A DNA stretch of 64,000 bases from Octopus sinensis. Its lineage: Eukaryota. Of the stretch, positions 23,503 through 37,246 are shown in pieces. The notes under the pieces were generated by a model. The model saw only the letters and a program-made list of their open reading frames with translations. It made no database searches and was not told where the DNA came from. Made by a program: the position numbers and the translations under genes. Location of the stretch: the NCBI RefSeq assembly GCF_006345805.1, contig NC_043013.1, forward strand, positions 32,302,001 to 32,366,000, given 5' to 3'. The first letter of the stretch is position 1. Every line of letters begins with the position of its first letter.

Positions 23503-26149
23503 TGAGATGATGATCTGGGTGAAAGCTTCACTAAAATCAGAGCACACAATACGCAGTCTTTACAAAACCCAAAGCAGAAGCAAAGGAGATCACTTCATAT
23601 CCAGTACTACTAACACTGAGAGCCAATGAGGTAGGGAGTCGATAAACTGAAAAGATTTTTACTTTCAGTATCGACCAGGCTAGGAAATAGAGACTGAAGA
23701 AAGATGCTCGTATGTTGAATACAGTAAAAATGGATAGAAAGGAGAAAATGGAATTGGGATAAGCTATATCAAAATCAGGCGTGGGGATGCAGACCAAGCA
23801 ATTGTTTCCTATCGGTTTACAGAGCATGATATCGTGATTTTCAGATTAAACAACGATATCATAATTGAATACAGCTAAATAACCTAAAAGAGAAAATAAA
23901 CAGCAATGTGCTAATTGAGAAGAGATATCGAATACATCGAATTTGCAAATGTGATAGTCTGTTCGTGGAACCTATATTAACAGTCTATCCACAGAGCCCT
24001 TCCCAGAGAAAGTGTGACTCTCTAAGACTCCACTCAATCTGGAAAAGCAATTCCGGAAGTTCAAGTCAAAAGACATCAATCGGAGCAGAATTCTTATCTA
24101 AAATGTATTTCTCACATCTTCATCATTGTCAAGAAGTGTAGTTTCTAAAATGTACAAAAGGTATAAGCTTTCAGTCGTCGTTGTAATGTGTAATTGAATA
24201 CGTTTTCAGCTCGAATAATTCGAAAATGTTTCCATACTAGAATTGTGCCCCCGCACCTAGAAATTAGGGAAAACGTTGGAATCGATGTAGTATTAGCAGA
24301 GGACACCTCTTTGAAGGAAACAATTTTGATCAAATTGTATATAAAGTAATAAACTTCCCTTTTAAAATCCCGGTTTCTTTTTGGTTACCCATTGTAGTCC
24401 ATGGTGTTTTCACCTGTTTAATTTTGACAATGACTATGGAAGTTGTTATCATGAACTCGGAACTTCTTCATTCCTGTATTCTGGCAAAGAAAAATATTTC
24501 TGTGGTTGCCTTAAGATAATTTGCTAATATCAGTAAGAAGCTTCACTAAAATTAACGAGCGCTATTGTCAGAAATAACGAGTTCTGAATTTTAAAAGAAT
24601 TTAGTCATCTACGATATTACAATATCAATAATAACAATTTTTATCATTGATATAACCACGTACATTGATAAAGGTATTGCTATAGTTCCTAAGTAAATTC
24701 CAATACTCGACTCGTACTTATCTTAAAGATTTCAGGAGATTACAGCGTTTTTCGGCATACTAGCTATTTTTCAGATCGAAATTTACAGCCCAAAAACGAT
24801 AAGTCGTCTTATAACACCACCACTTTGGAGGACAAATCCCATACGAAATGCAGTAGGATTTGGAAAGATAAAGACGATGTTTGAATGTTTACATTACTTA
24901 CAATGTCGTGGTGTTAGCCGGAAAGTACAGTAAAGACAAAAATAGACCTCGGTGAAACTTGAACATAGAAATGCGTAACAAAGATTCATTAGGTTGATAT
25001 TTTCATTGACGTTCTTTCTTTTTTGTGTCACATAACCACGCTTAAGATTTCTTCTTTGAAATTTAGAGGACGAGTTATTCGATTAAACACCATTTCAGCG
25101 CAATTTATTTTATCGTTCCCGGAGTGATGAAAGACAAAGTTTAGATTTGAACTCAAGAGGTTAAACAAAAGGAAATAAAAATTCAGTAGGTATTTTTATT
25201 GATTCTCTGTCTTTCTGCCTCAATCATGTCCTTTAAGATTTCTAGTAGTAAAGATATTTGACACTGGCGGAAACCGCAACTTTGACGAAGAGGCACTGTC
25301 GATTGAATTGATTTCCAGTGTATTGCTGGTGTTTATTTTTTTGTCCGCCTCCCCACACCGCCTTCAACATTTTTCATAAGCCAGCAGCGTCGACAGAAAT
25401 ATGCACATGAATGACAATCATTTTTATCTCTCATTTTGCTTTTTGCTATCCTATTGCTTTTCTAACACACAAAAATCAACAGCTTCAAGAAAAGGGATAA
25501 TTTTCCTACGGAATCTCTCGATTGTTCAACGCGATATTCTTTCGTACCTTTTGAAATAAACATTGAATTTAGTTTTGCATATGAGTGCTTTGGTACAGTG
25601 GCATGGAAAAAAGGGAATTGGGTTGACAGCAACGTTTCAAGCTATTCGACAACGTATCGTTTCTTTTTGTCCCTTCCTCTCGTGCGTCCGCTGGCGACCG
25701 TCTCGCGGGCAGCTCTGGTTGTTGCGGCGAAGAGCGGCACACGCACGCAAATCGAACCTGCTGCTGCTTACACTCATCCTCCAGATTCGACAAAAATGAA
25801 GGGCCAAATAATCGCTCAGATCAATTTGTATTCTTAGCGCACCTTAGATACGACTACAATTACAACAAAGAAGATTCATTGAATTTATACGAAATATTTT
25901 ATTTTCAACTGTTTTCTATAAATCTAACCATCTAATCTACCCGCGTGTGTAGTAAGAAGGTTACTGTATGTTGGCGTGGAACTGATAAACTAGAGAGGAC
26001 ACATTTAAGGTTTTTAACGGGTCCAAAATACTGCTGTCTCTAACTTTATTTTGTTCGTACGTTAAACAGACAACTGTGCAGCATAGGGATTTCCTACGAA
26101 CATTAACACCATGCCATATTGGTATAGGCTGCTTAATATGGCACCTTAA

Positions 26150-26395
26150 AATTCTGGTTACTAACATTATCGACCTCAATCCTTTCTACTAAAGGCACAA
26201 GGCCTGAAATTTGGGAGGAAGGGGAGTAGTTGATTACATCGACACCAGTGTTTCACTGGTACTTAATTTATTGACGCCCGAAAGGATGAAAGGCAAAGTC
26301 GACCTCGGCGGATTTCGAACTCAAAACGTAAAGACAGACGAGATGCCACTAAGTATTACGCCCAGCATTCTAACGATTCTGCCAGCTCACCGCCT
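26150..26395 (-). mobile_element. SINE family A
   Basis: cgaaaggatgaaaggcaaagtcgacctcggcggatttcgaactcaaaacgt...aacgattctgccagctcaccgcctt is the reverse complement of family A. Confidence 0.85.
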
Positions 26396-29300
26396 TCTTT
26401 CTCGACCTCCATAAAGGAATGAAATCCAGGGTCATACTTGTGGGATGACTTGAATACAAAACACAGAGCGGGATTCGAATCATGTGAGATATTCAGCCAA
26501 TTTAGTTGAGTAGCAGCTGACAATTGACTATTAAGTTACACTTTCATATTGATTTCTTCCATTAGTACAAGGACACTAATTATATGGGAAGAAGCATGAT
26601 TAAAATGATTGAATTGTTTCAGTACACGATTGTAATTAATTTTGTTGATCCTGGAATAGTGAAATGCAAACTAATAACCTAGTTGGGCATAAAACGATGA
26701 GACTAAATAATGAGAAGTATTTCATCCGAAAGTCCACCATTTTCTTCTGCACCACCGCCTTTCACACATTTAATTTTAATAAATATTGATTTTTAACACT
26801 TGAACAAATTCAAAAATATTTTTTGCGCTGGTCGGAGCGGCTGTTTAAAAAACATACACACACACACACACACACTCACACACAAATACATACACCACCG
26901 CCACTACCTTCGCCGCCACCATCATCATCTTGTACTGGTCGATTAACTAATTTATCAATTTCGGAGGAATGAAAGTTATGGCCATTCTTGGCAGGATTTG
27001 AACTCAGGTGATAAAGAGATGTAAATTAATTAAATTTCTTAAGAATATTTGTTTTAACAAGACTATAATTTTTTTTCGGAGTAGGTGAAGCATGGCCGAA
27101 TGGTTAAAATTTTCGTGTCGCAAACCCGAAGTACTTGGTTCAATTTCAGAATATTGGAAAATGTCATTTTCTGTAGCTTGTCTTAGCCTATACCTTGTGA
27201 CTGAAACTGGGTAAAGCTGAAACACATTTTAAATATTTATATCCACACTACCTTTCACTTAGTTTGATTTCCAATCGTCAACTAATTTATTTCCTGGAAA
27301 GGTGCATAAAACTGATACGATTCGAACTAGGAGCCTGCATTTCTTAAGTTGATGGTAGTGACACTTTTACCCATGATGTCACTAAGCCAATCTTATCAGT
27401 AACCTTAATCTTGAATGTCATTCGCATAAATGTGAGAAATCAGCCAAATTTTATACACAATAGTTTTCAAGAGATTGCTGTTCTTTTTTAGCTATCTATA
27501 CTTCATATAAAAAATGTAGATAACTAAGCACATATATAGAGTATCGGATAGCCAAGTGACATAACGGTGAGATGTTTTTATCTTCTAACTAATTTGATAT
27601 CTGGATGGTTGATTTCAGGGCTACAGTAAAATAAATTTTCCCAAGATGCTGCACAATGAGACTGAAACCGAAACAACATAGTTGTGGAGCGAACCTCCCG
27701 ACTATACAGCCATCCAGCTCATCTGCTAGGTTATCACGTACTATAACTAGGTTATCGAGTCAACAAGAAGACAATCCAATCTCTGAGATAGAGATATGCT
27801 GTGTCCTTAATTTTTCTACTGCTACTCCAGTGGTTTCTGTACCTCGCAGCTGACCGTCACATGTTACTTTCTGTCAGGCACGGCTAGGCTCACTTAAGTC
27901 CTCCTCTTTTCGTTATCCATATTGTGTGTACCCAACCTCAGACCTCGCGATTACCATTTCCCTTCCAAAATTCCCAGTGCTTCCTCTCTGAAACGTCAAC
28001 TTGCAAGTGTTCCTTCTGAATAATTGCAAGTCGACAACTACAAGAAAAACTTATTCCTTCATCATCCATTTTTCTTGCAGCCGTTTAACATCAACATTAA
28101 GCTACATCGATCTCACCTGTCACAGAAGATCTGCAACAGCAAGTAATCATTCTCCTTTCTTTCAGAGCAAACCAGTAAAACTAGTCATTCATGGTGCTAT
28201 GTAGGCATAGCACACCTGCTGACGATTGGAGGTAAAACCGATTGAATTGTAGTGTGAAAAGTAGAAAATGTTTCATCTCTATAGAAGGTTTTTTTTATAT
28301 ATTTCGAGAACAGTAACTGTATAGTGCTAATAATTTTTCTGGAGCGCTCTACCGATTCTACTATGCATTGCCTTACACGTTAAATTTATTCTTAATTTTT
28401 TTTTTTTCAATTTTTAGCAGTTGTAGTTATCTCTGAGTCAGGGGAGCGTGTTGCACTTTGTCAAATGACAGTCATAAAATTCTAATTGTACGGAGGAATA
28501 ACTCCGAAAATTGAACGAAACAAATAAAAACAAACGAACTTGCTAAGATTCGTCTTACGATTCTATGCAAGTATTTTATTGACGAATTTAATAGCGATCA
28601 ATTTTTATGCGACCTTATAACAATTATTCCTTTAGCATGATTTTAATGCTATATGCGATAATAGTGCCGCTATTACGGAGCTAATTTGCTTTTTATTCTA
28701 TTCATGGTTGATTGTCATTACATTCATACGGGGAAATAAATAAATGTTGAAATATTATTTTATAGCATTCATTAATCTTTTGTTCTAATTAAAGAGACCT
28801 CGGAACTATTGAATAAACAGTCGTTCATCGTTTCATAATCTTTGGTATAAAAATAATAATGTCGTAGTTAATAACACAGGAATCCAGTATCTAATTCTAC
28901 GTTTGCAAATATTGGAAAGAGATTTGATTCTACTAAACTTAAACTTGAAATGTCATTCGTGTTAAAACAAGGAACCAGCCGCATTTTATACCCGAAATGG
29001 TTTACAAGAAATAGTTGTTCTTATTAGCTATTTATACTTCATATAAAAAGTGTAGAGGATTCGACTACCAGGTGTGACATTAGTGCTTTGTATCTTCTCG
29101 CTTATTTGATGTATGAAGGATCGAGTTCGCCTGCCTCTAAGTATAAAAGAGCAATGGTTGCTGCACAGTAGGACTAAACCTGAAAACACGAGGTTACGAA
29201 ACGAACTGCTTAACCATAGGGTCATCCTGTTTGATGCTATATCAGCCACTAGGCTATCACGTACCTAGCGGTCTAGTACTCAACGTATCTCGGTTATCGA

Positions 29301-29466
29301 GTACTATTTCTCTTATTCATGAATAGGCAGATCCGTAAAGGTTCACTAGTAGCCGTTCTCTCACATCACTGATTTCAAACTTTCCTGTGGATTCGCTCAA
29401 GGCAACGACTAAATCGCTCGTTAAGATCCAACTTCACTTCAATGGTATTAATTGTAAATCATCAGA

Positions 29467-29881
29467 AGGCGACGAGCTGGCAGAAACGTTAGCACGCCGG
29501 GCGAAATGCCGAGCAGTATTTCGTCTGCTGCTACGTTCTGAGTTCAAATTCCGCCGAGGTCGACTTTGCTTTCGTCCTTTCGGGGTCGATTAAATAAGTA
29601 CCAGTTACGCACTGGAGTCGATATAATCGACTTAATCCGTTTGTCTGTCCTTGTTTGTCTTCTCTGTGTTTAGCCCCTTGTGGGTAGTAGAGAAATAGGT
29701 ATTTCGTCTGCCGTTACGTTCTGAGATCAAATTCCACCGAAGTCGACTTTGCCTTTCATCCTTTCGGAGTCGATAAATTAAGTACCAGTTACGCACAGGG
29801 GTCGTTGTATTCGACTTAATCCGTTTGTTTGTCCTTGTTTGTCATCTCTGTGTTTAGCCCCTTGTGGGCAGTAAAGAAATA
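29467..29881 (+). mobile_element. SINE family A with tandemly duplicated 3' portion and a long TSD
   Basis: Full unit 29467-29700, then a restart at ggtatttcgtctgc. Flanked by ggtattaattgtaaatcatcaga (29444-29466) and ggtattaattataaatcatcaga (29882-29904). Confidence 0.9.
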
Positions 29882-30007
29882 GGTATTAATTATAAATCAT
29901 CAGATATGCCCTTAACGAACTTACAGGCTTACATGACCATCGTACTTTGGAGATAGTGAGATATTATTTGATAAAACACCATAATAAATTCATCAGCAAT
30001 AAGCCCT

Positions 30008-30390
30008 GACATGGCTGTGTGGTTGTAAAGTTCATTTCGCAACCACGTGGTTCCGGGTTCAATCCGGATACGTGGCACATTGGAACTTTTGTGTCGTGTA
30101 CGTTATGCCCGAACCAATGCATAGTGAATGAATTTGGTAAATGAAAAATTTGTGCAAACCTATCGTGTGTGTGTTTGTGTGTGTGATTGTGCGTGTGTTT
30201 CCCCCCCCCACTCCAGGGTCGTTTTAATTATGTCTCCGTACTTAGTTGTTCGGCAAAAGAGATGATACAAATTATGCGAGGCGTACAAGAGATACTCTTG
30301 GAGTTGATTTGTTCGAGTAAAACCCTTCAAGGTGGTGCCCCAGCATGGCTGCAGTCCAATGAGCGAAACCTAAAAGATAGCCAAAATAGA
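30008..30390 (+). mobile_element. SINE family B, decayed full-length copy
   Basis: ggctgtgtggtt...gtgtgtgtttgtgtgtg...cttagttgttcggcaaaagagatgata...ccccagcatggctgcagtcc. Confidence 0.8.
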
Positions 30391-30734
30391 ATTACAATTG
30401 ATTGAGGAGATTCAAACAAATATGATATTTGTCAAGAATGGTGTCAAGTGCGAACCCGTTTCGTTATCTATCAAAATTTTCAGTAAAGCAAAATTTATTC
30501 AGCGATTTGAGATAGAATTCATTGGGCGTTTTTCCACTTAATCAATATCTATAAAGCTGAAATGCTCTTTCCTACCTTTCCTCCTCCCTTTCCTCCACGT
30601 TCTTTCTATAACGACGTTTGACAGCTTCCATCTCTTTCCCCCGCCACCTTCGCCGGCTCTGTCACTCTTTCTCCAACCGTCTCTCTCACTCTCTCTTTCC
30701 CCTCTCTCTCCCTCCCTCTATCTCTCTCTCTCTT

Positions 30735-30990
30735 TCGACGCCGCTGCCGGCATCTGTGTTTCCTGTCGAGAGGTAGGTTCATCTGGAACCCCTGACAAGA
30801 AGAGATCTAGTTTAGCTTTAAACAAACCCACATCGACACCATGCAGGTCTCTCAGGCATTTAGGAAGGATATTGAAGAGCTGTGGTCCCCTGAAACTCAA
30901 GCTGTTGCAGTATCTAGTCCTGTATTTTGATGGTGATGTTGGGATCTTTGGCACCACAACGAAACTCTATAAAATTATCAAAATTCCTCA
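30735..30990 (-). pseudogene. CR1/Zenon-like LINE ORF2 C-terminus
   Basis: YRTRYCNSLSFRGPQLFNILPKCLRDLHGVDVGLFKAKLDLFLSGVPDEP is a typical post-RT C-terminal motif (FNxLP...FKxxLDxFL). Confidence 0.8.
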
Positions 30991-31130
30991 CACAGGAACT
31001 TAGTTTGATTTGAAAACCCCACTAGAATGGGAGAAAGCGCTAATGATCTAAGTGATATGTAATATATAAATAAATATCTGTAAATATAAACCATCCGATC
31101 TTCTGAGTAGCTCATTTCTTCTCCAAACCT

Positions 31131-31179
<49 letters not shown>

Positions 31180-31232
31180 ATATATATAATATATATATAT
31201 GTATGTATGTATGTATGTATCTATGTATACAT

Positions 31233-31635
31233 AGGCGCAGGAGTAGCTGTGTGGTAAGTAGCTTGCTTACCAACCACATGGTTCTGGGTTCAGTCCCTTG
31301 GTTAAGTGTCTTCTACTATAGCCTCGGGCCGACTAAAATCTTGTGAGTGGATTTGGTAGACGGAAACAGAAAGAAGCCCGTCGTATATATGTATATGTAT
31401 ATATATATGTGTGTGTGTGTGTGTGTTTGTGTGTTTGTGTTTGTCCCCCCAACATTGCTTGACAACCGATGCTGGTATGTTGACATCCTCGTAACTTAGC
31501 GGTTCGGCAAAAGAGACCGATAGAATAAGTACTACGCTTACAAAAGAATAAGTCCTGGGATCGATTTGCTCGACTAAAGGCGGTGCTCCAGCATGGCCGC
31601 AGTCAAATGACTGAAAAAATAAAAAGTAAAAGAGT
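31233..31635 (+). mobile_element. SINE family B, best full-length copy with internal (TA)n(TG)n
   Basis: Head aggcgcaggagtagctgtgtggtaag, internal microsatellite at 31385-31440, tail ...ccagcatggccgcagtcaaatgactgaaa. Confidence 0.92.
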
Positions 31636-32152
31636 ATGTATGTATGTATGTATGTATGTATGTATTTATATTGAGAGAGGAGGGGTTGTACGTATGTTAA
31701 ACAATCAAAATTGGTATATAAAAATATCTAAATGACTGCAAATACCAAAAAACTACGCAAAGCATTTAATCACTGCTAAAAGAAGACAGTCCCACCACCC
31801 CAGACTCCTGCATTGGATTGGAACACTAGTTTCGTGAAGTAAATGAGGCCTAATACTTCATCTCTTTAAAATATCTAGTTTAATGAAGCATGTCAACAGA
31901 ATATTTAATGATTTGTGGAGATATCGGGTTACATAGTTAACCTACATGGCTAATGAGTCTATGAGTGAATAAAAACTCAAGTAAAGACACGCATACATAG
32001 ACACACATGCACACACATACTCGCACATTTATTATACATGTGTGTGCATATTCATGCGGAAAATGTAGTAGATATATCTGATATAAAAGTTACATATGTA
32101 TATATATATATATATATATGTGTGTACATGTGTGTATGTATGTGTGTATGTA

Positions 32153-32212
<60 letters not shown>

Positions 32213-32217
32213 GATAA

Positions 32218-32249
<32 letters not shown>

Positions 32250-33064
32250 AAAATATAGCCATATGTGTATCTGAAATATTGCGTATGTGGCTTCGTTAAT
32301 ATGCCAAATATCTAAGAACAGATTAAGTGGAAAGGTTTCTTACCATTATCTGCAATTTATGTCCAATTAACCAATATTTGCGTCTTACACATTCTTCCAA
32401 AGCTTGTACGTATCTTTTGTATGCTTTATTTCTTGGTTTTATTTTGTTAAGCAATCAGACTCATTAGCTAAAAAGGTTAACAATGTAAGCTAATATATAT
32501 TTCCATAAATCATTATACATACAAAACATACACTCTCATTCATAGACGCATACAAACATATATATATATACATACGTACGTACATATTTGCGATACTAAA
32601 TATTGTAACTTATAGCTAATTATTTGTTGGGTATTTTGTGTTATTATGAGGAAGATTAGATCGGTCGGAACGTGTTACGTTCAATACACATACGTGTAAA
32701 CCCTACATATGTATGTCTTTTTAATAGTATTGTTGAGTTATCTAGGATCATATTTTCAGGGAATCCTACCTTGCGAACGTCATATAACCCCTAATATCTA
32801 TATTTATTTGAAATTTTCAGAAAATATTTTGGAATCTTTGTTATACACACAATAATCATACGACTAAGCAAAAGAAAGGGTTTTCCATTTTCCGAAATTT
32901 AAAGCAATTTCATCTCCAATTTTGCGAACTTTTTTAAAATACAAAAAGTCCGAATTTTGGGCTTATAGGTCACCTGTCACTACTCGGTCCAAAAAGGTTC
33001 ACTTGTGAGACGTGAAAGCAAATAAGAGCATACATTCACTCTCTGCGCGCGATTAGACTCGGAA

Positions 33065-33096
<32 letters not shown>

Positions 33097-33119
33097 TTCT
33101 CTCTGTATATATATATATA

Positions 33120-33843
33120 TGCCACGTGAATTGGCAACCGTAAATCCCGAGTTGACATCTACTCTTCTCACCATTCTCGCGAACTCATTTCACCCTTTTT
33201 GGATAGACTTGTGACTGGTGACGAAAAATGGATCTTCTATCGAAATTTTAAACGTCGTAAACAGTGGCTTGGTAAAAGGGGAAAAGCTCGATCACAATCG
33301 AGAAGGGAACTGCATGGGAAAAAGGTTCTCTCAATCTGGTGGGATTGCAAAGAAGTAATTCACTTTGAATTGTTACCACCTAATGCAATAACCAATGCTC
33401 AAGTCTACTGTCAACAATTAAAGCGTTTGAACCCAGCTTTGAAGTAAAAAGACCCGCTTTAGTGATTCGAAAAAGAGTGAGGTTTCATCAGGACAATGCG
33501 TGACCCTACACTGCAAAGATCACATCACAGCTTAGTTCGGAAAAAATTCCTCATCTACCTTATTCTCCCGACCCTGCTCCTTCAGACTACCATTTGTTTC
33601 GTAGTTTCAGAATCATTTGGGGGACATAACTTTCGCAAGCCAGGAGGAGTTCGAAACTGACATTTCAGAGTTCTTCGCTTTGAAACCAAAAGAGTTTTAC
33701 ATTGATGGGATTAAAAAGCTTGTAAATAGATGGAAGGAAGTCATAGATAATCAGGGAAAGTACATTGATGATTAAATTTCAATTAAATATAACATTTGAT
33801 CACTTGTTTTCTTTATTCAAAATTCAGGCAGAACTTATGGGAT

Positions 33844-33849
<6 letters not shown>
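33120..33849 (+). mobile_element. 5'-truncated mariner element with transposase relic
   Basis: RLVTGDEKWIFY, FHQDNA, YSPDPAPSDYHLF and ...YIDD* motifs, then a TIR-like end ggcagaacttatgggatgacc. Confidence 0.88.
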
Positions 33850-33934
<85 letters not shown>

Positions 33935-33937
<3 letters not shown>

Positions 33938-35690
33938 TTCCCTTTGCTTGCTTCTAAGTATTTTCCTAGTCCTGTTAGTATTTTGTAATACTTTTCTGTT
34001 TGCAACTAACCTCGGTTCCTTTGCGTGTGGGACGGATATATTCTAACTACACAATCTTTGACATTGTAGCTTCCTGGAGTTTCTGTCTCAACTTTCACTC
34101 TATTATATTGAAGTCGTTACTTGTAACTGAAATCGTTAATATATTTCTAATATATTAATACCTATCATATTTTTCCTACCATTTAATTAAGTTTTAATAT
34201 TAATCTGACTCATATGTAACACTCCTTTACAATTTTCCAATTCATCTTTTACTGGTTTCGCCTACTCCTAAGTATCTTTATAGGTGCTTCTCATTTAATT
34301 CTCAGATTTCTATGTGTATGTCAAATTCAATATTCCCAGTTCCAGTTAATTTTCTTATATAATAACCAATCACATTTTTATGTCTTGGATAAATTTATGA
34401 ATAATTTAATAGATTTCCATTTGTCCATTAACCCTTGTAAATATTCTCTTATCTATATAGAGGATATGGCTTATAGTTTGTCCGTAGCATTAGGAACCAA
34501 TGATGATTTTGCTTAAAAGATTTTATAATGGAGTTTAAGTGAAGCAAGGGTGTAAGGGAATAATAAGACCCCTTGAAAGATTCTACTTGTTAAAAGTATA
34601 AGACCAGTCTTAACCCACTCGAACATGGACCCCTTTGTCTAAGTTTATCCTCTACCTAGGCTCCTGAGTAAAAAAATAAATAGTCGCATATACAGCAAAA
34701 GAGTAACAATTTCAGGAAAACTAATGGAAAGAATCGACTGCATCTTTTTTTTTTTCTTTTTTCCATGCGTGTTGTTTATTTCCGCTCTGCCGAGAAGACG
34801 AAGGCGGTGACATTTAACTTAATCCCGTATACATCGTTTTGTGAGGCAACGGTTGCCCTTCTTTATTTCTCTTTATTTTTCGTGCATGGTTTGCACGATC
34901 TGCTATGTAGCCTTTTAATCATATTTTGAGTCCTCACATATTGTATCTGTAGTCGCCTCCGATGCATTTTCGTTCTTTTGTTGGGGATTATGTTTTTACG
35001 AATATAGCATGCTCTCTGTTTCTCGTTAATTTGCAGCTGGTAATTTTTTGCATATATCCAAACTTTTAATATATTTCCAATGTGTATCCTATCTATAAGC
35101 TTGTCTGATGCAACTCTTGAAATCATTGTATTGTCAACTGCAAATATTCATATATGTGCTAGCATATTTGCTGTAATATTTTCTTACTTCTTTATTCTTT
35201 TTTCTCCGAAGATCGTATATCTCTTACCAATATATTTCTGAAAATACTGTAGCTATATAATATAATTGCAGTACTTTCATGTAGTTTTCACTAATCCAGC
35301 GTTTTCTCTCATGTTACTATTATTTTACACAGATTCCGACGAAGCTCTCTGTTCAGGGTCAACTTTTTGAGGTGAAACCACGTGTGTGCTTGCAGCTGTT
35401 GTCGCATTTCTTACAGTCTTACAATCACTCGGCTGGAATTTTTGCATCGATGTAATTTCTCAGGTGATTGGCTGTTCTCCTCTATGGAAAAGAGAAGATT
35501 GTCTTGCCAGTTTAAAATTTCTTTTGTCATTAGCGAGAGAAATAAGAGTGTATTCATTAATATGTATAAATTTTCTGTCTCTTTTAAATATTCTTTTAAC
35601 AATAGAGTCATTAGTATCGGCGTGTAATTATTTCAGTTGCGTAGGCTATCATTTGTAAGACTAAATTAATTAATATTATAGAAAGGGTGG
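33935..35690 (-). mobile_element. Decayed RLE-type (R4/Dong-like) LINE, RT region
   Basis: Minus-strand relics RIFQG (GIFQGD), ISHILYIDK (ISHLLYMDD), RYLGV and RIYPSHTQRNRG (RLYxxRxxGGRGL), with many stops. The upstream boundary is uncertain. Confidence 0.6.
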
Positions 35691-35793
35691 GACATGCAGA
35701 GAGGACGTATAATAAAAGTAAGTCTTTACGATACACACACATATACACACACATGTACCCATAAGTATATATATGTATATGTGTATCTGTGTT

Positions 35794-35845
<52 letters not shown>

Positions 35846-35871
35846 TGTATATGTGTTTATGTACATATCAT

Positions 35872-37150
35872 CCAAGGGATAATGAAAGAGTAACTGAAGA
35901 TGGAGTATCTCCGGAGACTGGGGTTGGTGTTGCGCTCAATATTGACTGGATGGAATAAAATCCAAGCAGTTAATTCGTGGGCGATAGCATCACTTCTGTA
36001 TGGGGCGGGAATTATAAAATGGCAAAAGAGAGAAGTGACGAAAATGGATACCGCAAGATCAGAAAAATGTTAATAGTACACGGAGTCTTCCACCTTCAGA
36101 ATGACACCGATAGGCTGTACTTGTCCATAAGAAATTTTGGGAGAAGTTTCATCAGTTGCCAAGACTGTATCGAAGCTGTGGAAAACAATTTAGGGTGGTA
36201 TATATAAAATGCCGTGGAGCCACTGTTGAAACACACGAAGAAGGCCGGCGTCATCAAAACTGAAAATTGTGAAACTAAAAAATTTAAACAAGAAATGAAC
36301 AAAAAAATAGCGTGGATGGAAAGGAGAATGTACGGTCAGTTTGCAAGAGATTTGAACGCGAAGACAGATACAGAGGACCTGTGGCTATAGATGAGAAGGA
36401 GTGACCGGAAGATAGAGACAGAAGCACTCTTATATGCAGCTCAGGAGCAAGCGTTAAGGACCAACTATATGAAGTGCAGAATAGACAACACTATCGATAG
36501 TGACAAATGCAGAATGTGTGGGGAGAGGAGTGAAACGGTATGGCACATCGCTAGCGAACGCCCGAAATAAGCACGACGCGAATATAAGATACGCCATGAC
36601 AATGTGGCAAGAATGATTCATTGGAAGTTCTGTGGAAATGACAGCCTACAAAGAAAGACGAGGTATGAACAAACTCCAGGAGTCACAGAAAATGAGAATT
36701 GCAAACTCGTGTGGGATGCAATGATCCAGTGTGATCACCCGACCAGATATCGAAAACTGGACATTGTTGTGGTGATTAAAAAAGAAACATGTATGATAAT
36801 CGATATAGCATGCCCCGGTGACAAGATCAATGTGAAAGAAGAAAAGACGAATAACTATGACGATTTGATGTGGGAAATACGAAGGCTGTGGTCAATGAAG
36901 AGAAAAGACGTGTTACCAATAGTAATTGGTGCCCTTGGAAGTATCAGCACTCAACTACCAGCATGGCTGAAAAAGATTGGTGCAAGTGTGAAGGTAGAAC
37001 AACTACAAAAATCAGCATTGCTTTGCTTGGAACTGCAAGAATTCTTCGCAGGGTTCTTGAAGCATGGCTAGGAAACAAGTGTCACCTTATTCAGTAGGCT
37101 GTGAACAACTGACACTTTCCATCATATCCAGCTAAATAAGCTGTGTGTTT
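35872..37150 (+). mobile_element. R4/Dong-like non-LTR retrotransposon, 3' half (thumb, CCHC finger, restriction-like endonuclease), pseudogenised
   Basis: NKIQAVNSWA, TDRLYLSIRNFGRSF, AAQEQALRTN, CRMCGERSETVWHIASE(R), RHDNVARMIHW, RKLDIVVV...IIDIACP...EEK...Y, PIVIGALG, followed by (TAA)n. Confidence 0.92.
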
Positions 37151-37156
37151 TCATAT

Positions 37157-37199
37157 AATAATAATAATAATAACAATAATAATAATTATAATAATAATG

Positions 37200-37225
<26 letters not shown>
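37157..37225. repeat. (TAA)n tract at the R4/Dong 3' end
   Basis: Directly visible. Confidence 0.95.

Positions 37226-37246
<21 letters not shown>

Noticed and set aside
25560-25840. Overlapping 74-79-aa ORFs in a GC-richer patch
   Set aside because: No homology recognised and no convincing splice pair. Could be regulatory, but the sequence alone does not support that.
28166-28231. 66-nt exon candidate (also micro-exon 54057-54083 and acceptor at 14159)
   Set aside because: Splice-like signals of this strength are expected by chance in 64 kb of AT-rich DNA, and the 27.6-28.2 kb region may be a decayed RTE endonuclease on the other strand.
34770-34865. HDV-like ribozyme in a GC-rich patch within the RLE LINE relic
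   Set aside because: Only two small hairpins are visible, and I could not build the nested double pseudoknot on either strand.
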